DNA from: an uncultured Candidatus Saccharibacteria bacterium
GTDB lineage: Bacteria > Patescibacteriota > CALEFQ01
Direction: 5' to 3'
DNA length: 64,000 nt
Assembly (NCBI GenBank): GCA_965230955.1
Contig: OZ246404.1
Coordinates: 33,184 to 97,183, forward strand
The notes under the pieces are model-generated. The model had not been told where the DNA came from and did no database searches. It saw only the letters and a program-made list of their open reading frames with translations. Position numbers and translations under genes: made by a program. Positions 19,903 to 30,153 of this stretch are shown here, in pieces (within the stretch, counting starts at the first letter, position 1; every line of letters starts with the position of its first letter).

Positions 19903-21501
19903 ATGAATTCTAAGGAAAAAGAAAATTTTACGATCGAGCGCCGGGATAAAAATGTTCTCCCGGCGTCAGAGCGCTGGTTGCCACCGGCTGAATTTATCCG
20001 GGCTCTGGATGAAAAAGGTTACGAGCAAGTCGCCGTCACTTATCGGGAAGCGGTGCAGATCGCCGAAGATGTTAGAGCGGCCGGCGGACGGGCTTTGATC
20101 GTCGGCGGTTTTGTGCGCGATCATTTTTTCAACAAAATTTCCAAGGATATTGATTTGGAAATCTATGGTTTGCCGCTGGAAAAATTGCGCGCAGTGATAA
20201 AACAACAGCGCAAGACCAAAGAAGTCGGCAAAGCCTTCGGCGTTATGAAAGTGGTCGTCGGTAACGGACTGGACATCGATGTCGCTCCGCCGCGCCGAGA
20301 TTCAAAAATCGGCGAGGGACATCGCGGGTTTTCGGTAGAATTCGATCCTAATTTGAGTATCACGGAAGCCATGCGTCGCCGAGATTTTACCATGAATTCC
20401 ATGGGAGCCGATCCTCTGACAGGAGAAGTTTTTGATCCGTTTCACGGACGTGAAGATATCGATCGAAAAGTTTTGCGCGTCACCGATCCGGAAAAGTTTG
20501 GCGAGGATCCATTGCGCGTCATGCGAGCAATGCAATTTGTCGGTCGGTTTGAATTGACTCTGTCGCCGGAGAGCCTAAAAGCGTGCCAAGAAAACCTGGA
20601 AAACGTCAAAACTCTACCGCTCGAGCGACTCTATGAAGAATGGCGTAAGCTATTATTACAAAGCGAGCGGCCATCGGTCGGGCTTGAAATTGGCAAAGAA
20701 ATCGGCCTATTTAAGCGTTTTTATCCGGAGCTGGAAGTACTGTCATCACTGCGCCAGAACCCGGAATGGCATCCGGAAGGCGATGTCTGGACGCATACCA
20801 AAATGGTGGTTGATGCCATGGCCCGGATTATTCGTCGGGAAAAATTAGTTGAAGATCAAGCAACGCGTCTCATGCTGGCGGCGCTGTGTCATGATTTGGG
20901 CAAAGCCGATACGACGATTCGAAAAGACGGAAAATATATTTCGTACGGCCATGAAAAAACCGGTCTCGAAATTACGCGGAGATTTCTGGAAAAATTGACG
21001 AATCAATCCGGTTTCATAAAACAAATTTTGCCGCTGGTGGCGGAACATATGTGGCCCATCGTGCTGGCCAAAGATAAGGAAAAAGTAAGCGACGGGGCCA
21101 TTCGGCGCTTGGCGACCCGGACCGCGCCGGCCAGCATCCAAGAGTTGGTTTGGGTCGGAGAAGCGGATCAACGCGGTTGCGGTGTTGCTTTGGAAAAACG
21201 GAAAGAAAAAGATTTTTCGGCCACCGGAGAATTTTTGTCCGGTCAGTGGCTGCTCGATCGGGCCGATCAGCTGGGAATCAAAAAAGAAAAACCGGCTGCG
21301 CTTACGCGCGGGCAGGATTGGATTGACTGGGGATGTCAAAAAGAATATGGAAAGAATATTGGCGAACTGATCAAGCTGGCTGAAAAGTTGCGAGATGTGC
21401 AGAACTATGAAAGGGAGCAAATCCAGGCCGCGACAATACACGAAATTAGAAGTGATCAGACGGGAATGAAGGCGATCCAAAAATTGAAAAGCCTCCTCTA
21501 A
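19903..21501 (+). CDS. cca: CCA-adding tRNA nucleotidyltransferase with HD domain
   Basis: GGFVRD, RRDFTMNSM head-domain motifs; HDLGK HD motif. Confidence 0.85.
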   Translation: MNSKEKENFTIERRDKNVLPASERWLPPAEFIRALDEKGYEQVAVTYREAVQIAEDVRAAGGRALIVGGFVRDHFFNKISKDIDLEIYGLPLEKLRAVIKQQRKTKEVGKAFGVMKVVVGNGLDIDVAPPRRDSKIGEGHRGFSVEFDPNLSITEAMRRRDFTMNSMGADPLTGEVFDPFHGREDIDRKVLRVTDPEKFGEDPLRVMRAMQFVGRFELTLSPESLKACQENLENVKTLPLERLYEEWRKLLLQSERPSVGLEIGKEIGLFKRFYPELEVLSSLRQNPEWHPEGDVWTHTKMVVDAMARIIRREKLVEDQATRLMLAALCHDLGKADTTIRKDGKYISYGHEKTGLEITRRFLEKLTNQSGFIKQILPLVAEHMWPIVLAKDKEKVSDGAIRRLATRTAPASIQELVWVGEADQRGCGVALEKRKEKDFSATGEFLSGQWLLDRADQLGIKKEKPAALTRGQDWIDWGCQKEYGKNIGELIKLAEKLRDVQNYEREQIQAATIHEIRSDQTGMKAIQKLKSLL

Positions 21502-21646
21502 AAAATCAGCTCAAGTGAGCCGATTTTTTTATTTTCGAAAAAGATTAGGCAATAATCCGGGCCAAGATTTAATGCTGGCCAAAGTTTAATTTGCAAGATT
21601 CTATTTATGTACCGACTTCGCTCTCGCATACTCGAGCTTCGTGGGG

Positions 21647-21723
21647 TAAACTTGCTTGGTGCGCTCGGCAAGAGTTGAACTTGCAATCTTCCCCTTAGGA
21701 CGGGGCTGCTCAATCCAGTTGAG
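21647..21723 (-). tRNA. tRNA-Arg (anticodon CCT)
   Basis: cloverleaf GCGCTCG..TAGCTCAACTGG..loop CT-CCT-AA..GTTCAACTC..CGAGCGC-A-CCA. Confidence 0.85.
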
Positions 21724-21827
21724 CTACGAGCGCAAATAGAGTAAGATGACTAGAACTTCGATTCTTTGTAACCTAAATATAGTCTAATACAGTTACTTTA
21801 TCAACTGTACACACGGTGTGTATATAA

Positions 21828-23207
21828 TTGTTTCACGTGGAACAGTTTTGGCAAAAATTTAAGTGGCTCCTCGTTACACAGCCGGATTTGGTTGTTTTTG
21901 GAATTTTTATTTTTTTGTTTCCATTTAATACCAGGAAGTTTCTAAATATTCTACTCCCCTATTCGGACCAGGTTTTCAATACCTGGAGTGCTTTTTTTCT
22001 CTATCTGTCTGATTTGCTTTTGTTGCTGGTTCTGGCGTTGTGGTTGTACCGAATCCTTAACCATAAGTTCAGGTTTTCCGGTCCTAGGCTCGGATTTATC
22101 GCCGGCTTGTCGGCCTTTCTGCTAATAATGACAGTTTCGACTATAGCGCGCAGCGGAGGCATTTTGTCATGGTCCGGAATCCTTAGAACCTTTGAATTTG
22201 GCTTGCTTGCTTTTTATGCCTTGTCCGTAATTGTGACTTGGCGTCGGCGCTTCATGGTGATGGCGTTATTTTTTTCGGCGATGTCGTTGCAGGCGGTTAT
22301 CGGCGTGGTGCAGTTTATCACCCAAAAATCCGTGGGACTGTCTGTTTTAGGTGAATCTGCTTTGAGCACTCAGATCTGGGATGTTGCTGAGGTGGTGTCG
22401 CAAGGCCAGATTTGGTTACGTGCCTATGGCACCCAGGTTCATCCTAATGTTTTGGCTTATTTATTGACTATTTCCCTTATTTTCGGTGTTTATCTGTATG
22501 CGCGAGTTCGATCGATCAGTTGGCGCATGGCAATTAGCGCCTTGGCCGGGTTGCAGTTGATGGTATTAGTTATGTCATTTTCGCGGACGGGTTGGCTGGG
22601 TCTTATTATTGGACTTGGTTGTTTAGTGATTTTGTGTTTAGTTTGGGGAAAATCGCACCTGACTAAATTGGGAAGACCGCTGGTATCATTAGCGCCACTC
22701 ATTATTACTGCGGTTATCCTATTGGGTTCACTGGTTTCGTTGTGGCCATTACTATCAGATCGCATTACTGTATCTGACTCACATGGCGATCTGGCCAGTA
22801 GTTATCGCATCGAGCTAAAAAACCTCGGCTGGGATCGTTTCGCGATACATCCCATTATCGGTATTGCCCCGCGCCAATTTGTGCCAAGTTTGAGCGCTGA
22901 GGATTCTGTGGCTTCATCTCCTTGGAAATTTCAGCCTATTCACAATGTTTATATTCTAATGCTGGTCGAAATCGGCGTGCTAGGTGTTGTGGCATTTTCC
23001 ATATTGATTGGGAGTAAGATTCGACGACTCTTTCGGATAATCAAAAATGTTCCACGGGGAACATTTTTCGCTCATAATATTGATGTATTGTATGTATTCA
23101 TTGTTTTCAGTTGCCTGCTTGTATCTTTATTATGCATGCTTTTTGACCATTACATATACGACATACAACAAAGCAGCCTTATGTTTTGGCTGCTTTTGGG
23201 TATATGA
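21828..23207 (+). CDS. polytopic membrane protein, O-antigen ligase/Wzy_C-like
   Basis: 10+ TM segments and SFSRTGWLGLIIGLG loop resembling the Wzy_C motif; start uncertain. Confidence 0.45.
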   Translation: MFHVEQFWQKFKWLLVTQPDLVVFGIFIFLFPFNTRKFLNILLPYSDQVFNTWSAFFLYLSDLLLLLVLALWLYRILNHKFRFSGPRLGFIAGLSAFLLIMTVSTIARSGGILSWSGILRTFEFGLLAFYALSVIVTWRRRFMVMALFFSAMSLQAVIGVVQFITQKSVGLSVLGESALSTQIWDVAEVVSQGQIWLRAYGTQVHPNVLAYLLTISLIFGVYLYARVRSISWRMAISALAGLQLMVLVMSFSRTGWLGLIIGLGCLVILCLVWGKSHLTKLGRPLVSLAPLIITAVILLGSLVSLWPLLSDRITVSDSHGDLASSYRIELKNLGWDRFAIHPIIGIAPRQFVPSLSAEDSVASSPWKFQPIHNVYILMLVEIGVLGVVAFSILIGSKIRRLFRIIKNVPRGTFFAHNIDVLYVFIVFSCLLVSLLCMLFDHYIYDIQQSSLMFWLLLGI

Positions 23208-23222
23208 TACTTATTGTGTGTA

Positions 23223-23543
23223 TCAAAAGGTGAAATTCATTAACCCCATCACCCAGGTTCCGAATTGATCCAAGACCGGATTTTTGAGGTTAATGTAGTA
23301 GAGGGCGATGAAAACCACGAAAATTGCTCCGGCGAAGATCAGCGAATCCCACAAATCTGCATTCTTGGCGTGTTGCATGCGCAGTAGGGCCGTGGAGGCG
23401 GGGGTTGGGGAGTGGGAAACCGTTTGGTCGTTGGTCGGTTGACTCTTTTCGGGAACGTTTTCAATTTTTGCCGGCTGATTATATAGTTGGGCGTAGTTGC
23501 GCTGTTTGGATTGTTGCCTTTGACGGCGTGATTTTTTCGACAT
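23223..23543 (-). CDS. small C-terminally TM-anchored hypothetical protein
   Basis: ORF with Gln/Arg-rich N-terminus and one TM. Confidence 0.4.
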   Translation of the reverse strand: MSKKSRRQRQQSKQRNYAQLYNQPAKIENVPEKSQPTNDQTVSHSPTPASTALLRMQHAKNADLWDSLIFAGAIFVVFIALYYINLKNPVLDQFGTWVMGLMNFTF

Positions 23544-23673
23544 ATAAAATATTTTAAGTTATTTTATCATATCAGACACTTCGCGGTATGCCAAGTCTAA
23601 GACACAAGCGACGGAATTGACTTATGTGATTTTTTTTTCTAGACTGTTAAGAGTTGTCCCCAAATTTAATTGA

Positions 23674-24144
23674 ATGGATATCTATTTTTACTTGTTTTTG
23701 ATTTCATTAGCTGTCGGCGCGGCGGCGCTGATTTTTGGTATATTGGTTAATCGTCGCGTCCGGTCTTTTGAGGAACGATTCCAACAATTTTTTGGCACCA
23801 AAAAAAGCCCCCATCTGAACGCGATAGTCATGCGTAATGTTGAGACGATCAAGAAAATGACCGGCGATATTGATAAGTTGTATGAAGTAGCGCAGGAATT
23901 GCAACAGATTGCTTTGCACAGCACGCAAAAAGTCGGCACACATTTTTATAATCCTTACGGCGACACCGGTGGTACGCTCAGCTTTTCAATCGCGATGCTG
24001 GATGCGGAGGATAATGGCATCGTTATTTCCAGTTTGCATTCGCGCTCCGGGACACAGGTTTACGCCAAAGCCATCGAGCGCGGACAATCGAAGCAGCATC
24101 TGACCGAAGAGGAAATTGAAGCGCTGCGACGGGCGAATAAATAA
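23674..24144 (+). CDS. membrane-anchored hypothetical protein (DUF4446-like)
   Basis: N-terminal TM; HFYNPYGDTGGTLSFSIAMLDAEDNGIVISS block recalled as DUF4446-like. Confidence 0.45.
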   Translation: MDIYFYLFLISLAVGAAALIFGILVNRRVRSFEERFQQFFGTKKSPHLNAIVMRNVETIKKMTGDIDKLYEVAQELQQIALHSTQKVGTHFYNPYGDTGGTLSFSIAMLDAEDNGIVISSLHSRSGTQVYAKAIERGQSKQHLTEEEIEALRRANK

Positions 24145-24235
24145 GACATTAAGAATATTAAGATATTAAGAACGTTAAGAGTCTGTGCTTTTCTTAATAC
24201 TCTTAATATCTTAATATTCTTAATCTCTTAATATC
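24145..24235. repeat. family F2 inverted repeat (TTAAGATATTAAGAAC units)
   Basis: GACATTAAGAATATTAAGATATTAAGAACGTTAAGA ... TCTTAATATCTTAATATTCTTAATC. Confidence 0.9.
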
Positions 24236-24260
24236 TTTTTAAAATTCTTTTTCAAAAAAA

Positions 24261-24677
24261 ATGACTATGTTTCAACGCAAGGACGAAAATTTAGCGATGG
24301 GTAATGTCGCGGCGCCGGTCGGGGAGACGGTGGTTGGACATTCTGTCAAACTGGAAGGCGATTTTTCAAGTGATGAAAATGTCCGGATTGACGGCTCGGT
24401 GTCCGGTACGGTCAAGACCAATAAAAATTTACTGATCGGGGAGCGGGCGTCGGTTGAGGCCGATGTTTTTGCCGATAACGCGACCATCGCCGGGCGAGTC
24501 AATGGCAATATTGACGTCAAAACCAAGCTGGAATTGCTGGAGACGGCGCGGATTGCCGGCGATATCAAAGCTGGAGTGTTGTCGATCAATGCCGGAGCGG
24601 TTTTTTCCGGCCAATGTTCGATGTCGACCGAGCAAAGCGGCGCCGTCGATGCCGTCAAGACAGAGAAAAAACAATGA
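24261..24677 (+). CDS. bactofilin (polymer-forming cytoskeletal protein)
   Basis: beta-helical repeats IDGSVSGTVKTNKNLLIGERASVEADVFADNATIAGRVNGNI. Confidence 0.8.
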   Translation: MTMFQRKDENLAMGNVAAPVGETVVGHSVKLEGDFSSDENVRIDGSVSGTVKTNKNLLIGERASVEADVFADNATIAGRVNGNIDVKTKLELLETARIAGDIKAGVLSINAGAVFSGQCSMSTEQSGAVDAVKTEKKQ

Positions 24678-24721
24678 CACAGGCGGGGGCGGATTAATGC
24701 CGGCCCTGCTCAGGGATTTTC

Positions 24722-25591
24722 ATGTATCATTACATATACGACTCGTTCATTGGCGAACGTCGTTTCCGGCGCCAGTTGGCGGCGATTGAGCACAAATTGA
24801 CGGAAATGGGGATTGTCGGCGAGCGCGAACGGGTTACGCCAATTCGCACGGTGGAAGAACTGATGAAGTTGGGTTTGAGCCGGCGCTCAAAAACTATTGT
24901 AATTTTTGGGAATGATTATACTTTTACCAAAGCGCTGAACGCGGGGCTGATGGCCGGAATGAATCCGGATGAGGTTGTCCTCTCGATTATTCCCTTCGGT
25001 GAACCAAATCGGATCGCGGCTCTGCTGGGATTACGCGGGGAAGCCGCTTCGGTGCAGGAATTGGCGGCGCGCAAAATAGAAACGATCGATATCGGACGCG
25101 TGAACAAGCGTTTTTTTATTACGGCGACGGATATCGGCTTTGAAGCGGAATACAAAACGCGGCGCGAAGAAGTTCAGGAAAAAACTTCTCTGTTTACGGC
25201 TCAGCACCGAATGAAAAAGTTCAAGCCCCAGGAAGTGAAAGTGTTGATCGACGATCAATTTCTGATTACCGGTCCGCTTTTTAATCTTTCGGTGGTAAAT
25301 CTGGCTGACAAAATTCCGGGACGTCCGTCGGTCAATCCTCAGGATCGCAAATTACGCGTGACAATGGTGCCGTATACGGAAGAGTTGTTGGCGAAAGCCG
25401 GATTGGTGGCGCGACGTCAATATGAAAAACTGCCCAATGCCAGCTTTTTTCTGGCAAAAAATGTAAAAATCGCCGGCCCCAAGACGGTAAAAATCGCGAC
25501 CGACGGAGTTTTGTACGATATGCTTCCGCTGGAGATTGAGGTGATTCCTCGAGCGGTGAAAGCGATTGTGGGGAAGGGGAGAGCGTTTTGA
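24722..25591 (+). CDS. diacylglycerol/lipid kinase catalytic-domain protein (YegS/DAGK_cat-like) with degenerate GGDGT motif (GNDYT)
   Basis: IVIFGNDYTFTKAL at the position of the GGDGT motif; overall DAGK_cat layout. Confidence 0.55.
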   Translation: MYHYIYDSFIGERRFRRQLAAIEHKLTEMGIVGERERVTPIRTVEELMKLGLSRRSKTIVIFGNDYTFTKALNAGLMAGMNPDEVVLSIIPFGEPNRIAALLGLRGEAASVQELAARKIETIDIGRVNKRFFITATDIGFEAEYKTRREEVQEKTSLFTAQHRMKKFKPQEVKVLIDDQFLITGPLFNLSVVNLADKIPGRPSVNPQDRKLRVTMVPYTEELLAKAGLVARRQYEKLPNASFFLAKNVKIAGPKTVKIATDGVLYDMLPLEIEVIPRAVKAIVGKGRAF

Positions 25592-25776
25592 AGAAAATAA
25601 AAAATTTAAAATCTAAGTTAATTGAAGTAATTAGGGCTTTTGATTTTAACCTTTTGATTTCCTTTGGTTTTTGAATTTTAAGTTTTTAGATTTTCCCGGA
25701 TTGCGTGTTTGACTCGAATGTTGTAGAATATCCTTGCTTCTATTAAGTTTCTATGACAACATAACAGGTTATCTTT

Positions 25777-26034
25777 ATGGCTTCCGGCGCTGGCAAAAAA
25801 TTTGGTTACGGTGTTTTGCAGACCTTGGGTGCTTTTTTCGACAAAAAAGTCGTCCCGCCCTGGATTCCTTGGGCTATTTTCGGCGGTATCGGCGTCCTAA
25901 TTGCGTGGGCAAACAACTGGAATTGGTGGGCTTTGCTGAATGTGGTGGCGGTCGTTCTCTGGATTCTTTTCGCGATTGTCATGACTATGATTTTTGTCCG
26001 GCGGGCGCAGGAAGCAAAGAAAGCCAAGAATTAA
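25777..26034 (+). CDS. small two-TM membrane protein
   Basis: hydrophobic helices (WAIFGGIGVLIAW, VVAVVLWILFAIVMTMIF). Confidence 0.45.
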   Translation: MASGAGKKFGYGVLQTLGAFFDKKVVPPWIPWAIFGGIGVLIAWANNWNWWALLNVVAVVLWILFAIVMTMIFVRRAQEAKKAKN

Positions 26035-26111
26035 GATATAAGATATAAGAGGTAAGAAGTATAAATTTATACAAAATCGTAAGTAGTTGGTGTTAATTTT
26101 TAGCGGATTTC

Positions 26112-27923
26112 ATGGATGAGAAAAAAGTAAAATTGTCCGGCGCCTTGACGGTAAAAGAGTTTGCCGCCGTTTTAGATTTGCCGGTGACGGATGTGATGAA
26201 GACATTGATGACCAATGGCATTATGGCCACGATCAACGAAGAGCTGGATTACGAGACGGCGGTCATTATCGCCGAGGATTTGGGTTTTTCGGTGGAGACG
26301 GGCAAAGGTGAAAAAACCGGTGAGTTGGACGAGGAAGAAGAACGCCGTGCTCGCTTGGGCCGTCTGCTGGCGGAGCCGGACAAAGCGGCTCTCAAGCCTC
26401 GGGCTCCAATTGTCACGATCATGGGCCATGTTGATCACGGCAAAACGTCTTTGCTGGACGCTATCCGCGAGACAAATGTTACCGCCGGCGAAGCGGGGGG
26501 AATCACCCAGCATATTGGCGCTTATCAGGTGGAAAAGAAAAATCGACAGATTACTTTTTTGGATACGCCCGGCCATGAAGCTTTCACGGCCATGCGGGCG
26601 CGTGGAACCAATGTGACTGATATTGCGATTTTGGTGGTGGCGGCCGACGACGGGGTCAAGCCTCAGACGATCGAAGCCATCAGCCATGCCAAGGCCGCCA
26701 AAGTTCCGATTATCGTGGCCATAAATAAAATCGATAAAGAAGGATCGGACGTGGCGCGAGTGAAGAAAGAACTGGCTGACCACGAAGTTTTGACGGAAGA
26801 GTGGGGCGGCGACACAGTTTGTGTGGAAGTTTCCGCCAAAAATAAAATCAATATCGATGATCTGCTGGAAATGATTTTACTGGTGGCCGATATGCAGAAT
26901 CTGAAAGCCAATCCGCGGCGCCGTGCCGTCGGGACGGTGATAGAAGCGGACAAAACTGAAAAAAGTGGGGCGGTGGCCACGGTTTTAGTTCAAACAGGGA
27001 CATTGCATTTGGGCGATGATTTTTCTATCGGGACCACTTTCGGCAAGGTGCGCGCGATGCGAGATTACCAGCAGAAAGAAATTACCGAGGCGGGACCGGC
27101 GACGCCGGTACGTCTGATCGGCTTGAAAGATGTCCCGCATGCCGGCGATATTATGGAAGTTCATTTGGATGCTAAAGAGGCCAGAAGTGAAGGTGAACGG
27201 CGCCGGAAATTGGAAGAACTCAAAAGCCGACGGGGCTATGGCCGATTTGGTTTGTCGGAAATGGCCGACGCGATCACCAAAGGAAAAATGAAAAAATTGA
27301 ACGTCGTGCTGAAGGCCGATGTCGGCGGAACGCTGGAAGCGATATCGTCCGCTTTGGAAAAATTACGGTCGCAAGAAGTTTTTGTCGAGATTTTGCACCG
27401 GGCGGTGGGTGATATTTCGGAAACCGATGTCTTGATGGCGAAAGCGTCGCGAGCTGTGGTGGTTGGTTTCAATGTGAAGGCTGACGGGCAGGTGACGGAG
27501 ACGGCCAAAAAAGAAGGTATTCAGATAAAGATCTATAATATTATTTACGAATTGATCGACGATTTGAAGAATGCTTTGGAAGGCTTGATCGAGCCGGAGG
27601 AAGTGGAAATCAAAATGGCGACGCTGAAAGTTTTGGCTGTTTTCCGCCACGGTAAAAAAGAAATGATTTTCGGCGGCAAGGTGCTAAATGGCAAAATTGA
27701 AAAGATTGGCGATGTTTATGCGCGTCTGATGCGTGACAAAAAAGAAGTTTCCCGAGGACAGATGCGCGAATTGCAATGCGAGAAGAAAAATGTGGACGAG
27801 GTTTCCAAGGGGAAAGAAGCAGGGATGCGCGTCGAAGGAATCAATGAGGTCCAGGTGGGCGATTTGGTAGAGATATTCCGATTGGAACTTCACAAAAAGA
27901 AAATCGGAGAAGATAAAAAATGA
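26112..27923 (+). CDS. infB: translation initiation factor IF-2 (short form without long N-terminal domains)
   Basis: G-domain [24 protein letters not shown]. Confidence 0.95.
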   Translation: MDEKKVKLSGALTVKEFAAVLDLPVTDVMKTLMTNGIMATINEELDYETAVIIAEDLGFSVETGKGEKTGELDEEEERRARLGRLLAEPDKAALKPRAPIVTIMGHVDHGKTSLLDAIRETNVTAGEAGGITQHIGAYQVEKKNRQITFLDTPGHEAFTAMRARGTNVTDIAILVVAADDGVKPQTIEAISHAKAAKVPIIVAINKIDKEGSDVARVKKELADHEVLTEEWGGDTVCVEVSAKNKINIDDLLEMILLVADMQNLKANPRRRAVGTVIEADKTEKSGAVATVLVQTGTLHLGDDFSIGTTFGKVRAMRDYQQKEITEAGPATPVRLIGLKDVPHAGDIMEVHLDAKEARSEGERRRKLEELKSRRGYGRFGLSEMADAITKGKMKKLNVVLKADVGGTLEAISSALEKLRSQEVFVEILHRAVGDISETDVLMAKASRAVVVGFNVKADGQVTETAKKEGIQIKIYNIIYELIDDLKNALEGLIEPEEVEIKMATLKVLAVFRHGKKEMIFGGKVLNGKIEKIGDVYARLMRDKKEVSRGQMRELQCEKKNVDEVSKGKEAGMRVEGINEVQVGDLVEIFRLELHKKKIGEDKK

Positions 27924-28273
27924 AACGGCGAATCATCCAAATTCAAGATGTGATAGCTCGTGAATTGGCGGTGATATTCAGCCGGGAAATTGAATTCCCG
28001 ATCGGCGCTTTTCCGAGCATCGTGAAAGTAAAGGTCTCCGAAGATTTGCGCCATGCTTTGGTCTGGATCGGAGTTGTCCCGCCTGGGAAACGCCAGGAGG
28101 TACTGGAGTGTCTGGAGAATAATATCTATCATATTCAATCTTTTCTGAATAAGCGCTTGACGATGAAATTCCCGCCACGGCTTCTTTTTAAAATCGATTC
28201 CACCAGTGATAAAGTCCAGCGGATCGAAGAGCTGGTGGATCAAATACACCAGGAAAATGACAGCTCAAAATAA
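27920..28273 (+). CDS. rbfA: ribosome-binding factor A
   Basis: position after infB, KH-like RbfA pattern; ATGA overlap with the infB stop. Confidence 0.8.
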   Translation: MKRRIIQIQDVIARELAVIFSREIEFPIGAFPSIVKVKVSEDLRHALVWIGVVPPGKRQEVLECLENNIYHIQSFLNKRLTMKFPPRLLFKIDSTSDKVQRIEELVDQIHQENDSSK

Positions 28274-29219
28274 TTGTCAGCAAGTCAGTCGGTTTTTAGA
28301 GCGAGTCGACAATATTATGTTGTTGACCCATGTTTCGCCTGATATTGATGGTATTTCTTCGCTCTTGGCGCTGGGTCGAGGCCTGGAATCTGTCGGTAAA
28401 AAAGTCATCAGATTGTTGCCGGAAGATTTGCCGCGGCGCTTTTTTTTCTGGGCAGATTTGGATAAAATTGTGGATGAGCCGAGATGGCAAGAGGCCGAAG
28501 CGGTGGTGACTCTCGATTGCGGTGATTTGCCGCGGACCGGATTTGCTTATGAGCTCGGCCGAATCGGTAAACCGGTGGTCAATATCGACCACCATCCCCA
28601 AAAAGAACCGTTCGGAACCATTCATTTGGTGGAATCCGGAAAAACTTCCACCGCGGAAATAGTTTTTCACCTGTTGAATGAATTGGGAGTTGTGATCGAT
28701 AAGGCCTTGGCGGATATGTTATTGGCCGGTATAGTGTGTGATACTCAAAGTTTTCAGGTGGCTTCGACATCGGCCGAAGTCCTCAGTATCGCTTCGCAAT
28801 TGATGAGCAAGGGCGCGCGTATCCCGAAAATTACCAAGGAAATTTTTCGCGTCAAACCTATTACCGCTCTAAAATTATGGGGTCGGGTGTTGGATCGGGT
28901 GCAAGTTGACGCGACTACTCACATGGCTTATTCCGTCGTGCGCCAATCTGATTTTGATGAACTGGGAGTCGTTTCGCAGGATCTGGAGGGCGTGGTGGAT
29001 CTGATTAACGCCGTGACCGAAGCCAAATTTTCTTTGTTACTGACGGAAACCGGTGACAATATCGTCAAGGGTTCGCTTCGCTCGGAAAATTTCAAAGCGG
29101 TTGATGTTTCCCGAATTGCCGAGCTTTTCGGCGGCGGGGGACACAAACTCGCGTCCGGCTTTCGTTTTCCGGGAAAAATAGAAGAAAAAGACGGACGTTG
29201 GCTGATAAAGAGTCTTTAG
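28257..29219 (+). CDS. nrnA: DHH/DHHA1 phosphoesterase (NrnA-like nanoRNase/pAp phosphatase)
   Basis: HVSPDIDG, NIDHHP, GGGGHKLASG (DHHA1 GGGH); start ambiguous between 28206 and 28257. Confidence 0.75.
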   Translation: MTAQNNCQQVSRFLERVDNIMLLTHVSPDIDGISSLLALGRGLESVGKKVIRLLPEDLPRRFFFWADLDKIVDEPRWQEAEAVVTLDCGDLPRTGFAYELGRIGKPVVNIDHHPQKEPFGTIHLVESGKTSTAEIVFHLLNELGVVIDKALADMLLAGIVCDTQSFQVASTSAEVLSIASQLMSKGARIPKITKEIFRVKPITALKLWGRVLDRVQVDATTHMAYSVVRQSDFDELGVVSQDLEGVVDLINAVTEAKFSLLLTETGDNIVKGSLRSENFKAVDVSRIAELFGGGGHKLASGFRFPGKIEEKDGRWLIKSL

Positions 29220-29272
29220 CGTTTAGTCTTTAGCCATTGGCATCGGCCAAAGACTAAAGACCAAAGACTACT
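29213..29272. repeat. family F4 inverted repeat (AGTCTTTAGCGTTTAGTCTTTAG ... CAAAGACTAAAGACCAAAGACT)
   Basis: reverse-complementary arms. Confidence 0.85.
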
Positions 29273-29275
29273 CTC

Positions 29276-30058
29276 ATGTGGTTTGACAGTATCCAGCCTT
29301 ATTTATCGGTCTTCGATATCCAGAAATATCCTCTGGCGATTTTGGATATTGTGCTGGTGGCTCTGCTTTTTTACGGAATCTATTGTCTGATCAAGGATAC
29401 CAAAGCGATTCGAATGGTAATCGGAATCATTTTGGTGGCGGCGGTTTTTGTCATCGGTCAAATTCTCAATCTCATCGCCCTGACCTGGCTGTTGAAATAC
29501 TTCGCGGCATTTATCGTGGTGGCCATTCCCATAATTTTCCAGCCGGAGCTGAGGCGCGCGTTTGAAAAATTGGGGCGTCCGGGAAAGATCAGGAAATTCC
29601 GATTGTTGCCCCAGCGGGAAACCGATCGGGTGGTGGAAATTATCGCCGATTCGGTCGTTGTACTGGTAAAAAATAAAATCGGCGGATTGATCGTTTTGCG
29701 CCGGACTACCGGCTTGGCGGATCATATCGAAAAGGGGACGACGCTCAACGCCGCCTTGAGTCGGGAGATTCTGCTGAATTTGTTGTTTCCCAATTCCCCC
29801 TTGCATGACGGCGCGGTGTTGATCGGCGGGAATCAGGTTTTGGCGGCGGGCGTTATTTTACCGCTGTCCGAGCGCGATACGACATATCAGCTGGGAACGC
29901 GGCATAAAGCGGCTCTGGGGATTACCGAAGAAACCGATGCCGTAGCGGTGGTGGTGTCCGAGGAGCGCGGGGAAATATCAGTCGCGGTCAACGGAAAGAT
30001 AGAAGTGGTTAGCGGTCCGGAAGCTTTGCGCGAAAAACTGAAAGAACTACTGGTCTAA
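29276..30058 (+). CDS. cdaA: diadenylate cyclase CdaA (c-di-AMP synthase)
   Basis: three N-terminal TM helices; DAC domain with DGAVLI and GTRHKAALG. Confidence 0.9.
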   Translation: MWFDSIQPYLSVFDIQKYPLAILDIVLVALLFYGIYCLIKDTKAIRMVIGIILVAAVFVIGQILNLIALTWLLKYFAAFIVVAIPIIFQPELRRAFEKLGRPGKIRKFRLLPQRETDRVVEIIADSVVVLVKNKIGGLIVLRRTTGLADHIEKGTTLNAALSREILLNLLFPNSPLHDGAVLIGGNQVLAAGVILPLSERDTTYQLGTRHKAALGITEETDAVAVVVSEERGEISVAVNGKIEVVSGPEALREKLKELLV

Positions 30059-30153
30059 ATCCAAAGTCCTAAATCGTCAAAGTTTTGAAATTCAACTTTA
30101 AGATTTCGAGCTTGTTTCTAATTTAGGATTTCGTGCTTAATAATTGTTATATG

